Of a stretch of 64,000 bases of DNA, positions 10,237-18,655 are shown one piece after another. Each line of letters begins with the position of its first letter. Positions within the stretch are counted from its first letter, which is position 1. The stretch lies in the NCBI GenBank assembly GCA_040384725.1, contig JAZKIS010000004.1:1256-65255 (forward strand). The letters are read 5' to 3'. Below the pieces are notes generated by a model. The model made no database searches. It was not told the origin of the DNA and saw only the letters and a program-made list of their open reading frames with translations. Position numbers and translations under genes: made by a program. This DNA comes from Patescibacteria group bacterium. GTDB taxonomy: Bacteria > Patescibacteriota > Minisyncoccia > Phycocordibacterales > Phycocordibacteraceae.

Positions 10237-11217
10237 TTAGATTACGGATACGTTTTTGTCGGAGGTGAACTTTTCTTTGCCACCTTCTTTCCACCCTGCG
10301 ATGGCCGACAGCGTGAGTTCGCGGAGTTGCGGCAAGGTGCCGCCACAGCCGAGAACGTACATGCTCTTCGATTCGGGTCGAAGTTGAAAGCTGACCCAGC
10401 AGACATTGTTTTGGAGCATCACCCGGTCATAGCCACACATCTCAGCGGCCATCACACGCGTAGGTCCGAATTGTCCGGACGCACCGCGATACTCACCTGC
10501 GTCAAGAATGTCCTTCATTCCCGCGAAATAGACCTCGCGCTGGAAAAAGTTGCAAAGCTCACCGAGGTGGCCGCTCAGGACGTTGATGTCGTAGTTCCGC
10601 TCGAGGGCGGCAGTTATCAGTGTGTGACTGTCCAGGTAGAGGTTGTCGAACAAGTTCGCCTCTTCCTGGAGCTTTTTAAAGCCTTGGCTTGGTTCGCTGT
10701 ACACGATAATTCGCATCTCGCGGCTCTGCAGTGCTCCGAAGGGCTGCATTGAGTCGCGAGTAGGTTCATGCCACGTTTCGACAGTCACCCATGCGAGGTA
10801 CTTGGTCTTGTCGAAGTGGGGCTGAGAAAGCATCTCGCCGTTTTGGACGCCCCACAACACTGCATAGGCATAGGGTGGTTTGCTGCTTCGTTCCTCATCA
10901 CGACCTTTCGGCCAGTCGAGACGTTTCAGCACCACACCTGCCTTATCGAGGGCGAAGAGATATTCACCCCGCTTGCCCGCCAGGCCTTTGTGTCGGCCTT
11001 TTGTGGCGAGCATGCAGGCATTATCGATGAGACCCAGATTGTCCGCCTTGCGGTAGAGCAGGTCGCCGTCCGCTTTCTCGAAAGTGATGACGAGGTCGTC
11101 CACCTTCTTCAAGTTCTGATTCCCTTGAGCAATAGGCTCGAAGGGTAAGTCCAAAATATGGTAAAGGAAGGGATATCGGGCAAGCAGCTCAGTGTTCTTT
11201 CGTGCGTTGACACGCAT
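10237..11217 (-). CDS. hypothetical protein (possible metallophosphoesterase-like, unresolved)
   Basis: 326 aa; AGGAG Shine-Dalgarno 7 nt upstream of the ATG; no confident domain call. Confidence 0.5.
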   Translation of the reverse strand: MRVNARKNTELLARYPFLYHILDLPFEPIAQGNQNLKKVDDLVITFEKADGDLLYRKADNLGLIDNACMLATKGRHKGLAGKRGEYLFALDKAGVVLKRLDWPKGRDEERSSKPPYAYAVLWGVQNGEMLSQPHFDKTKYLAWVTVETWHEPTRDSMQPFGALQSREMRIIVYSEPSQGFKKLQEEANLFDNLYLDSHTLITAALERNYDINVLSGHLGELCNFFQREVYFAGMKDILDAGEYRGASGQFGPTRVMAAEMCGYDRVMLQNNVCWVSFQLRPESKSMYVLGCGGTLPQLRELTLSAIAGWKEGGKEKFTSDKNVSVI

Positions 11218-11319
11218 TGGTTGCTCCTACGTTCCGTAGTGAAAAGAACTGGCGTTCCGCCAGCACTGGACGAATGTCCGGAATCAAAATACAACGTTAT
11301 CTAACAAACGTCAATGATG

Positions 11320-11390
11320 CGGGCCCACTAGGAATCGAACCTAGGACGTCGGTTTTGGAGACCGAAGTTATACCATTTAACTATGGACCC
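11320..11390 (-). tRNA. tRNA-Trp (anticodon CCA)
   Basis: Reverse complement gggtcca-ta-gtta-aatggta-taac-t-tcggt-cTCCAaa-accga-cgtc-ctagg-ttcgatt-cctag-tgggccc-g is a 71-nt cloverleaf. Confidence 0.85.
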
Positions 11391-11468
11391 GGTATTGCTC
11401 ACGATACCAGATACACGGGTAGGGGAAAAGAAGCGGGGATTAGAGCGCGCACGGGATACAATCACTCT

Positions 11469-12455
11469 ATGAAAAGGCTCTGGGCCCCGCTGCTCCTTCT
11501 GCTCGTATTTTGCGTGCCACTGGTTGCGAGCGCGCAATCGAACCTCCCGCTTTTTGATCCTGACTGGCAGCTCGTGCCCGATGCGCACAAGATAGATCCA
11601 GTGAACTGTCCTGAAGGATATCCGCTTGGATTCGGGGGTGTTTTGCAGCTCGTGCAGAACGGCATGAACGCGGCGATATCGTTCGGCGTTATTATCTTCG
11701 TTCTCGTTATCGCGGGGGCCGGCATCCTGTGGATACTTACGCCGACGAACCCCGAGAATCACTCGCAGGCAAAGAAGATCCTTACGAACGCCGTTATCGG
11801 CCTCCTGATCATCCTGTCGGCGTGGCTCATCGTTGACTTCGTCATGAAGCTTCTCTATAACCCGAACGCGAATAACATGGGTCCCTGGAATCAAATTCTG
11901 ACGGGAGGAGATCTCTGCATTAAGCCGATGGAGAATCTCCAGCCTCTCTTCAGCGGCAGCATCCTGGCTGTCCCGGGCGCGTCCAGCGCATCATATGATC
12001 CGCGGTATACGACGAGTGGTTCATGCTCGCCTGCGAGCGTCCAGCAGGCAGGGCAGAGCGTAACCATAACCGTGAAGGAGGCGCGATTCCTGGCGTGCAT
12101 CGCACGGCCTGAAAGCCGGTGCGGTGGCGACCTCACGAACTACAACTGGGGCAGGGGCTCGAGCGCGTACGGACCGTTCATGATCCTGCTCGATGGAAAT
12201 GCGCGGTATTTCGAGAACGAGGCATGCAGGGTGGCAGCGAACGTTTCAGGACGCCTCAACTGCCAGGACGGATTCAGGAACGGAAACCCCATCCCAGGAA
12301 GTGACATCGCGCGACGCTGCATGCAGGCTGCGTCGAACCTCGCATGCAGCACTGCCGCCGCTACCGCGCTCGTGCGACAGTCCGGAGCAACGCCATGGAC
12401 CGGGAACAACGACAGCAAGCCGGCGCATATGCGTTGCGCGCTGGAGCTCAGGTAG
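11469..12455 (+). CDS. VirB2/TrbC-like pilin module fused to lytic transglycosylase-like domain
   Basis: Signal peptide plus two TM helices (AISFGVIIFVLVIAGAGILWIL; AVIGLLIILSAWLIVDFVM); C-terminal IARPESRCGG...SAYGPFMIL resembles the SLT ES...GLMQI motifs. Paralog of ORF 13062-13979. Confidence 0.6.
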   Translation: MKRLWAPLLLLLVFCVPLVASAQSNLPLFDPDWQLVPDAHKIDPVNCPEGYPLGFGGVLQLVQNGMNAAISFGVIIFVLVIAGAGILWILTPTNPENHSQAKKILTNAVIGLLIILSAWLIVDFVMKLLYNPNANNMGPWNQILTGGDLCIKPMENLQPLFSGSILAVPGASSASYDPRYTTSGSCSPASVQQAGQSVTITVKEARFLACIARPESRCGGDLTNYNWGRGSSAYGPFMILLDGNARYFENEACRVAANVSGRLNCQDGFRNGNPIPGSDIARRCMQAASNLACSTAAATALVRQSGATPWTGNNDSKPAHMRCALELR

Positions 12456-12477
12456 AGGCTATACTTATCTTGAACCC

Positions 12478-13059
12478 ATGAAAAATTCCACTCTTTGGAT
12501 CGCCGGCTCGATACTTCTTGTCCTCACCGTGGCGGTTATCATCGGCGCGTACCTCTTCCTTTCGCAAGTTCGCGAGCCAGCGCCTTCAGAGCAAGCGCCC
12601 GGCGGAATCTATTTCCCTACGAGTGGCGGTGTCTCAGGAGGAAGTTCGGAGACGGGTACCCGCTCGCTCGCGCTCGCTACGGGAAAGCAGATCGTGGTGA
12701 AGGATTTCCTTGCGAACGGCATAACGTATAAGGACCTGGCGAACGCGGGTTCCTATTTCCTTGCAGGAAAGCTCGAGTACTGTCTCGAGGACGGCACCTG
12801 TCCCGACACGAACACACCGAACTTCAGCATCCTGTATCTCGAAGCGGACCAGAGCTTCTCGGTGAGTCTGAACGAGGAGCCGTTAAAGGACTCGCGCGTG
12901 GCAGCTGAACGCTATCTCATGGCGGCGCTCGGCATAGATGAAAAGGATATGTGCGATCTCATGTACGCACTCGGGACGACGGTGTCCGTGAACGAGGCAT
13001 ATGGATCGATCACTAACCTCGGCTTCAGCTTCTGCGAAGGTGCGATACCGCTCCCGTAA
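12478..13059 (+). CDS. membrane-anchored hypothetical protein
   Basis: 193 aa with an N-terminal TM anchor and an extracytoplasmic Cys-containing domain; lies between the two paralogs. Confidence 0.5.
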   Translation: MKNSTLWIAGSILLVLTVAVIIGAYLFLSQVREPAPSEQAPGGIYFPTSGGVSGGSSETGTRSLALATGKQIVVKDFLANGITYKDLANAGSYFLAGKLEYCLEDGTCPDTNTPNFSILYLEADQSFSVSLNEEPLKDSRVAAERYLMAALGIDEKDMCDLMYALGTTVSVNEAYGSITNLGFSFCEGAIPLP

Positions 13060-13061
13060 CC

Positions 13062-13979
13062 ATGAGAGCGATATTCCCATTCGTCCTCGCGCTCATCCTG
13101 CTCCTGCCACTCTCTGCAGATGCGCAGTTCGGCCCCATCGTGCCCGAGGTGTGCCGCACCTGTGCGTGCGGGTTCGGCGGCGTACTCGCTATCGTGCAGA
13201 ACGTGGTGAATTTCATGATCAGCATCTCGATCATATTCGCGACCATCATCATGGTGTGGGCCGGCGGCTTATACATACTCTCTGCAGCCAATCCGGAGAG
13301 CCGCAGCACCGCGAACAAGATGCTTCTCAACGCGGTTATCGGTATTCTGATCGTGCTCTCCGCATGGCTCATCGTCGACTTCGTCATGAAGACGCTCTAC
13401 AACAACGGCAGCGAGTTCGGTCCCTGGAATTCGATCCTGCTCGGCGGTGTGGGGGATAGCTGCGTCGTTGCGAAGCCAACTTCACCCCTCTTTAGCGGCA
13501 ACATTATCGCTGTTCCTGGACAGGGCAGCGGAGCGGGCGTCGGGGGCGACGTTGTTACGAGCGCTTCCGCGAGCCATCAGGCAGGCGCTGCAAAGCTTTC
13601 AGCAGCAGGCATAAGCATTTCTTCGTCAGGCAACTGTGCGGACAAGAGGAACGCGCGATGTACGTCGCTTGACGGTATGAAAGAGAATACGGTTGACCAG
13701 GCCATTGCAGTGAAGCAAGCCTGCGGATGCAGTGTCGTGGTTACCGGCGGGACAGAGACCGGGCACGCAGGTGGACCTACGAGCCATAGCGCTGGCTACA
13801 AGATAGACCTCGGGGTAAACACACAGCTAGACGCGTATATCCGAAGCCTCACCCCGTCCGGCGCACGAGGCTCTGATTCTCGATATAAGGATCGCTGCGG
13901 AAACGAGTATGTACGTGAGACGAGCCCCAATCACTGGGACATAACCGTAAGCGCTGGCGTCTGCAGCCCGCCTAAGTAG
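13062..13979 (+). CDS. VirB2/TrbC-like pilin module fused to peptidase M15-like domain
   Basis: N-terminal ~170 aa paralogous to ORF 11469 (GFGGVL.IVQN...NAVIG.LI.LSAWLIVDFVMK.LYN...GPWN.IL.GG...LFSG.I.AVPG). C-terminal GGPTSHSAGYKIDL fits the M15 GG...SxHxxGxAxD motif, and NHWDI fits the EPWH-like motif. Confidence 0.55.
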   Translation: MRAIFPFVLALILLLPLSADAQFGPIVPEVCRTCACGFGGVLAIVQNVVNFMISISIIFATIIMVWAGGLYILSAANPESRSTANKMLLNAVIGILIVLSAWLIVDFVMKTLYNNGSEFGPWNSILLGGVGDSCVVAKPTSPLFSGNIIAVPGQGSGAGVGGDVVTSASASHQAGAAKLSAAGISISSSGNCADKRNARCTSLDGMKENTVDQAIAVKQACGCSVVVTGGTETGHAGGPTSHSAGYKIDLGVNTQLDAYIRSLTPSGARGSDSRYKDRCGNEYVRETSPNHWDITVSAGVCSPPK

Positions 13980-14808
13980 CAAGCTTCCTCAGCCACGCCT
14001 TCTGGTGCCTGGCGTAGTGCCACACCTTCGTGGAAAGGGAATCGAGGAGCGTGTCTTCGCTCCGTTCGTCACGAAGGAACTCGCCAACGATTCTGTACTC
14101 GAGACCGAGCTCGTTCAAGCGCGCATCTCCGACGTATTTGCGTACGCGACGTACTTCTTCGATGAGGCCGTTCTCGAGTGCCGTTGCCAGCCGCGTTCTG
14201 ATGCGGGATCGCAGCTCGTCGCGCTCTGGATTAAGGATGATCCACTCGACCGGGACCCTCGCTTCCGTTACATCGCGCTCCGGCACGTTGCCATGCGTCT
14301 CGATTATCTCAAGTGCACGCACAAGCCGGCGCTTGTTCATCGGATCAATACGTTCTGCCCGGCGCGGATCGCGAGTACGAATCTCTTCCATGAGGGATTC
14401 GGCGCTGCGCTTCTCGAGGTCTTCTCGCAGTATCGCGTTCGGCTCCGTTTCCTTAGGCAAGCCATAGAGAAGCGCGTCGAAGTAGAAATGGGTGCCACCT
14501 GCAAGGATAGGGCGCTTGCCGCGGCCGCGTATGTCTCCAATAAGACGCTCGGCGTCCTTCACGAAGTCACCCGCGCTATAGGTTTCCTTCGGGTCTCGTA
14601 TGTCGATGAGGTGGTGCGGGATACCGTCCATCTCTTCAAGAGAAGTCTTTTCCGTACCGATATCGAGCATTCGGTATACCTGCCTCGAATCAACCGAGAT
14701 AACCTCGCCATCGAGTTCCTTCGCAAGTGCCACGGCACGCGCAGACTTGCCCGAGGCGGTCGGGCCGGCGATGCATAGTATGGGGGAAGGGTCGTCCACG
14801 TGGCTCAC
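13972..14808 (-). CDS. miaA: tRNA dimethylallyltransferase
   Basis: ILCIAGPTASGKSARAVALA...ISVDSRQVYR.LDIGTEK is the typical MiaA P-loop and substrate motif. Confidence 0.88.
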   Translation of the reverse strand: MSHVDDPSPILCIAGPTASGKSARAVALAKELDGEVISVDSRQVYRMLDIGTEKTSLEEMDGIPHHLIDIRDPKETYSAGDFVKDAERLIGDIRGRGKRPILAGGTHFYFDALLYGLPKETEPNAILREDLEKRSAESLMEEIRTRDPRRAERIDPMNKRRLVRALEIIETHGNVPERDVTEARVPVEWIILNPERDELRSRIRTRLATALENGLIEEVRRVRKYVGDARLNELGLEYRIVGEFLRDERSEDTLLDSLSTKVWHYARHQKAWLRKLAT

Positions 14809-14852
14809 TGTGGCCAGAATGGTATCATGCCTCTACGTAACGATACAGGACT

Positions 14853-15515
14853 ATGAATAAGGAACAGAAGAGCAATTATTGCGGCGAGTGCGGAGACTTC
14901 CACGATCCGTTCAACGAGTACCGCTCGAGCGTGCGTGTCGGCGAGACGGTACCGGACTATGAGTTCGAGACCTTCTATAAGGGTGACGTGAAGTCCATGA
15001 AGTTCTCGGACTTCCGGGGGAAGTGGCTCGTGGTCATGTTCTATCCGGCAGACTTCACGTTCGTGTGTCCGACCGAGCTCGAGGAGATGGCATCGTACTA
15101 CCCCAAGCTTCAGAGCATTAACGCTGAGGTTGTCTCGTTCTCAACCGACACCGTCTTCGTGCATAAGGCGTGGCATGACACCTCTGACGCCATCAAGAAG
15201 ATAACCTTCCCGATGGGCGCAGACCCGACCGGCAAGATCGCGGACGCGTTCGGCGTGCTCATCGAAGGCGGCGACCTCCCGCTCGTTCCGGATGAGGGTC
15301 TCGCGCTCCGCGGCACCTTTATCATCGATCCCACCGGCACGCTCCGTGCTATGGAGGTGAACGATAACAGCATCGGCCGCGCGGCGAAGGAGACGTACCG
15401 AAAGCTTCAGGCCGCGCAGTACGTGGAAAGCCATGCGGGCCAGGTGTGTCCTGCGTCCTGGGAGCCAGGAGACGATACCCTGGAGCCAGGGATGGATCTC
15501 GTCGGGAAGATATAG
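14853..15515 (+). CDS. peroxiredoxin (AhpC/TSA family) with CxxC-containing N-terminal extension
   Basis: FYPADFTFVCPTELEEMA peroxidatic Cys motif; 220 aa. Confidence 0.85.
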   Translation: MNKEQKSNYCGECGDFHDPFNEYRSSVRVGETVPDYEFETFYKGDVKSMKFSDFRGKWLVVMFYPADFTFVCPTELEEMASYYPKLQSINAEVVSFSTDTVFVHKAWHDTSDAIKKITFPMGADPTGKIADAFGVLIEGGDLPLVPDEGLALRGTFIIDPTGTLRAMEVNDNSIGRAAKETYRKLQAAQYVESHAGQVCPASWEPGDDTLEPGMDLVGKI

Positions 15516-15527
15516 GGATATAAACAT

Positions 15528-15560
15528 TCGTGCCCGGCTGAGAAATCAGCCGGGCACGTT
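15528..15560. terminator. palindromic terminator hairpin
   Basis: cgtgcccggctga gaaa tcagccgggcacg followed by tttctattc on the plus strand. Confidence 0.65.
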
Positions 15561-15722
15561 TCTATTCTGCAGACACGCAAGCCATTGCCCTGCGGGTTAC
15601 GACCGAGGCCCTGAGCCTCTGGTCGAAGCGCTTCGGGCAGGTGGGTTTTTGCGAGCGTTTCCGCTTACGGGTGACCCTGCGGAATTCTTTCTGCAGCGAA
15701 TCGAAAAAGACCTTGATGATCA
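15561..15722 (-). CDS. unannotated small basic protein (53 aa)
   Basis: My translation: MIIKVFFDSLQKEFRRVTRKRKRSQKPTCPKRFDQRLRASVVTRRAMACVSAE. GGAGG Shine-Dalgarno 5 nt upstream of the ATG; absent from the six-frame track because it is shorter than 60 aa. Confidence 0.4.
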
Positions 15723-15784
15723 TGCGCCCTCCTGTTGATCGCGGGCGATAATATCATGCGATCTTCATATAGGAAATAGAGTTG

Positions 15785-15867
15785 TGCCGGGGGAGGGACT
15801 CGAACCCTCGACCTTTGCAGGAGCGGGTTTTGAATCCGCCGCGTATACCAAACTCCGCCACCCCGGC
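15785..15867 (-). tRNA. tRNA-Leu (anticodon CAA)
   Basis: Class II tRNA: acceptor gccgggg, D-arm gcgg-agtttggtata-cgc, anticodon loop ttCAAaa, long variable arm, T-arm gaggg-ttcgagt-ccctc. One A-C mismatch closes the anticodon stem. Confidence 0.75.
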
Positions 15868-16009
15868 ATGCCGGAACATCTGAGAGCGTACCCTCAAGAT
15901 GCCCGAACGACGCTCCGTAGAGCCTGTGCACCAACGTATCGGTACGAAGAGTATCGTACTTCACAGCTCGCGGTCCTGCAAAGCGAAGTAGCGATGATAC
16001 AATGCACTC

Positions 16010-17026
16010 ATGTTTGGGACTAAGCCACCGGAAGCGGAATCATTCGCGCAGCCTACCAAGTACGACTCGGTGTACTGGGTGGAGGTGAGCCGTATCGAGC
16101 CGAATCCGTATCAGCCTCGCATCGAATTCGACGAGGAACGCTTGAAGGCGCTCGCTGAATCTATCCGACAGTACGGCGTGCTCCAGCCGCTCGTGGTGAC
16201 GCGTAACGAGGTCGAGAAGGCGGGAGGCGGCCTCCAGGCGTCGTACCAGCTCATCGCTGGAGAGCGTCGCCTGCGCGCGTCGAAGCTCATCGGCCTTCGC
16301 GAAGTACCCGTCGTTATCCGTGCAGGCGAGCAGTCTGACAAGATGAAGCTTGAGCTCGCTATCATCGAGAATCTCCAGCGCGAAGACTTGAACGCGATAG
16401 ACCGTGCAAAGGCGTTAGCACAGCTCGCTGAGACGTTCGCTATCTCGCACTCGGAGATCGGCGCGAAGATCGGGCGCTCCCGCGAGTATGTCTCGAACTC
16501 GATCCGCCTCCTCATGCTTCCTGAGGCGATCCAGATGGCGGTCGTCGGGAAAGAGTTGTCCGAGGGACATGCGCGCGCGCTCTTGATGCTGAACGACAAG
16601 CCGCAGGAACGCGATACGCTCTTCAAGGAGATAGTCCTCAAAAAGACGTCGGTGCGCATGGTGGAGCAGATGGCCCGACGCCTCGCGCAGGATAAGATCA
16701 GGAAGCACGACAAGACGCCGGAAATGATGGCGCTCGAGAAATCCCTCACAGAGACACTCGGTACGCGCGTGCTCATCGAGAGCCGTCCGCAAGGAGGACG
16801 CCTTCTCATCGAGTTCTTCTCTCCCGAAGACCTCTCGCACATTGCGGCGATTCTTGCGACACAGGAAGAGGTGGTTACGCAGGAGGCTGATCAGCCCGCA
16901 GCAGAGGCGACAGAGCCTGAAGTTGCTGCGAACACGACGCAGCTTCCGCCTCTCGAGACTCCCGTACCGCCTCCGGCACCGGTTATCGAAGAAGACCTCT
17001 ACTCGGTCCGCAACTTTACGGTCTAG
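16010..17026 (+). CDS. parB: chromosome partitioning protein ParB/Spo0J
   Basis: ParB box GERRLRASKL.G...PVVIR and an HTH region; 338 aa. Confidence 0.88.
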   Translation: MFGTKPPEAESFAQPTKYDSVYWVEVSRIEPNPYQPRIEFDEERLKALAESIRQYGVLQPLVVTRNEVEKAGGGLQASYQLIAGERRLRASKLIGLREVPVVIRAGEQSDKMKLELAIIENLQREDLNAIDRAKALAQLAETFAISHSEIGAKIGRSREYVSNSIRLLMLPEAIQMAVVGKELSEGHARALLMLNDKPQERDTLFKEIVLKKTSVRMVEQMARRLAQDKIRKHDKTPEMMALEKSLTETLGTRVLIESRPQGGRLLIEFFSPEDLSHIAAILATQEEVVTQEADQPAAEATEPEVAANTTQLPPLETPVPPPAPVIEEDLYSVRNFTV

Positions 17027-18619
17027 CTACTTCACTTTCTTTCCGCGCTTGTCTTTCTTCGGCTTCGCGCTCTCTGGGTGAGGACGTGCGCGGTCTCCTG
17101 CGTCGAGCGTTGCGCGTATGTGGCGCCTCGCCATGCTCGTGCGCGCATAATCCATCCACTTCGCCGTTGGGTGCGCAGACTTCGATTTGAGTACTTCGAT
17201 GATGTCCCCGTTCCTGAGCTTCGTATCAAAGGAGACGAGCTTTCCGTTCACTTTCGCGCCTTGCATGTGGTCTCCGAGGTCGCTGTGTATCGCATAGGCG
17301 AAATCGATCGGCGTCGATTCGGTGGGAAGGTCTATAACGTCGCCTACGGGCGTGAATACGAAGATGCGGTGCGAGAAGAAATCGCTCTTCAATCCTTCGA
17401 CGAACTCGTCCGACTCAACCTCAGAGTGCGCTTCCTTGAGGTCCGTGAGCCAGCGGGGCACATCGCCCGCGGCGAGCGCGGCCTTCTGGTTCGCGGCTAC
17501 GGGGCGCTTCAGGTTAAGAAGAGCCGGGACGAGATCCTTGATCCATGGGAAGGAAAGCCTCTGGAACGCATTTTTGTTCGCGCCCTTCGCGAGCGACTTG
17601 TAGGACATATGCGAGGCGATGCCGAACTGGGCGCGTTGGTGCATGTCCTTGGTGCGCACCTGCATCTCAACGATGCCCGCGTCACCCGTTACAACGGTCG
17701 TATGGAGGGACTGGTAGCCGTTGGGCTTCGGGAAGGATATGTAATCCTTGAACTCGCCCGGGAGCGGCTTCCAGAGGGCGTGTATAACGCCGAGCGCGGT
17801 ATAGCAGTCGTCGACTGTGGGAACGAGCACGCGAAGCGCCGCAATATCGTGGATGCGCGTTATGTCGTCGCCCTTGCGCTTCAGCTTCTGATGCAGGCTC
17901 CAGAGGCCTTTCGTGCGGATAGAGGTCGAGAAATCCTTCACGTCCTTGCGCGCGAGCGCATGGCGGAGATCCTTCTGAACGCGCGCAAGCCCTGCCTCCG
18001 TCTCCTTGTTCTTCAATTTTCGTACCTCAACCGCGTGCTGGTACGCGTCAGGGTCTATGGCAGGGAACGCGAGGTCCTCGAGTTCTTTCTTCAAGGATCC
18101 CATACCGAGACGGTCTGCGATCGGTGCGAATATCTCGAGCGTTTCGAGCGCGATTCTTTTCCGCTTCTCCTCGGGTACGTGCTCGAGAGTCGTCATGTTG
18201 TGGTACCGGTCGGCGAGCTTGATGATGAGCACGCGCACGTCAGCGGACGTCGCAACAAGAAGCCGTCTCAAGGACTCTGCATGGCGCTCGCCGCCCTGGT
18301 ACTTGTGCTTGCCGAGCTTGGTTACGCCGTCGACGAGGAACAGGACCTCGGATCCGAGTTCCTGCTCTATCTCTTCCGGGGTTGTCCCGACGTCTTCTAT
18401 GGCGTCATGCAGGAGCGCTGCGGCAACGGTCGGCGCGTCCATGCCGAGCTCCGCGAGATGCTTTGCAACCGCGGACGGGTGTATGAAATAAGGTTCGCCC
18501 GAGTAGCGGGTATGGTCCTTGTGGGCGTTCTGACCGAATGCGTACGCCTTCTCGATAAGCGCCTCGTCCTCAGGAGTGAGGACGCTCATCTGGGCGAGTA
18601 TCTCCTTAACGGTAGTCAC
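17027..18619 (-). CDS. rel: RelA/SpoT-family (p)ppGpp synthetase/hydrolase
   Basis: HD domain (HPSAVAKHL...LLHDAIED), synthetase domain (RIHDIAALRVLV) and TGS-like C-terminus; apparent GTG start with AGTATCC 8 nt upstream. Confidence 0.88.
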   Translation of the reverse strand: MTTVKEILAQMSVLTPEDEALIEKAYAFGQNAHKDHTRYSGEPYFIHPSAVAKHLAELGMDAPTVAAALLHDAIEDVGTTPEEIEQELGSEVLFLVDGVTKLGKHKYQGGERHAESLRRLLVATSADVRVLIIKLADRYHNMTTLEHVPEEKRKRIALETLEIFAPIADRLGMGSLKKELEDLAFPAIDPDAYQHAVEVRKLKNKETEAGLARVQKDLRHALARKDVKDFSTSIRTKGLWSLHQKLKRKGDDITRIHDIAALRVLVPTVDDCYTALGVIHALWKPLPGEFKDYISFPKPNGYQSLHTTVVTGDAGIVEMQVRTKDMHQRAQFGIASHMSYKSLAKGANKNAFQRLSFPWIKDLVPALLNLKRPVAANQKAALAAGDVPRWLTDLKEAHSEVESDEFVEGLKSDFFSHRIFVFTPVGDVIDLPTESTPIDFAYAIHSDLGDHMQGAKVNGKLVSFDTKLRNGDIIEVLKSKSAHPTAKWMDYARTSMARRHIRATLDAGDRARPHPESAKPKKDKRGKKVK

Positions 18620-18655
18620 CGCATAAGGATACTGCCGTAACGGGGATGCGGCAAA

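Noticed and set aside
7000-11319. Search for a direct repeat of the tRNA-Trp 3' end (or of the tRNA-Gln 3' end downstream of 28811) that would delimit an integrated element.
   Set aside because: Only trivial 5-6-nt matches (for example cgaac) were found by eye. No convincing att duplication was seen, so the island boundaries remain inferred from composition and gene content only.
15433-15738. 101-aa plus-strand ORF in the tRNA-Leu/peroxiredoxin intergenic region.
   Set aside because: It has no upstream signal and overlaps the terminator hairpin. The minus-strand 53-aa ORF with a strong Shine-Dalgarno in the same region is the better candidate.
17078-18640. 520-aa plus-strand ORF antisense to the rel gene. 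Similar long antisense ORFs occur at 1051-1632 (in infB), 4672-5214 and 6227-6943 (in clpB), 25697-26722 (in dus), and 47014-47811 and 48742-49728 (in the T4CP-like gene).
   Set aside because: These are Arg/Ser/Ala-rich, low-complexity translations typical of stop-codon-poor antisense frames in high-GC DNA. In every case the opposite strand encodes a well-recognised conserved protein.
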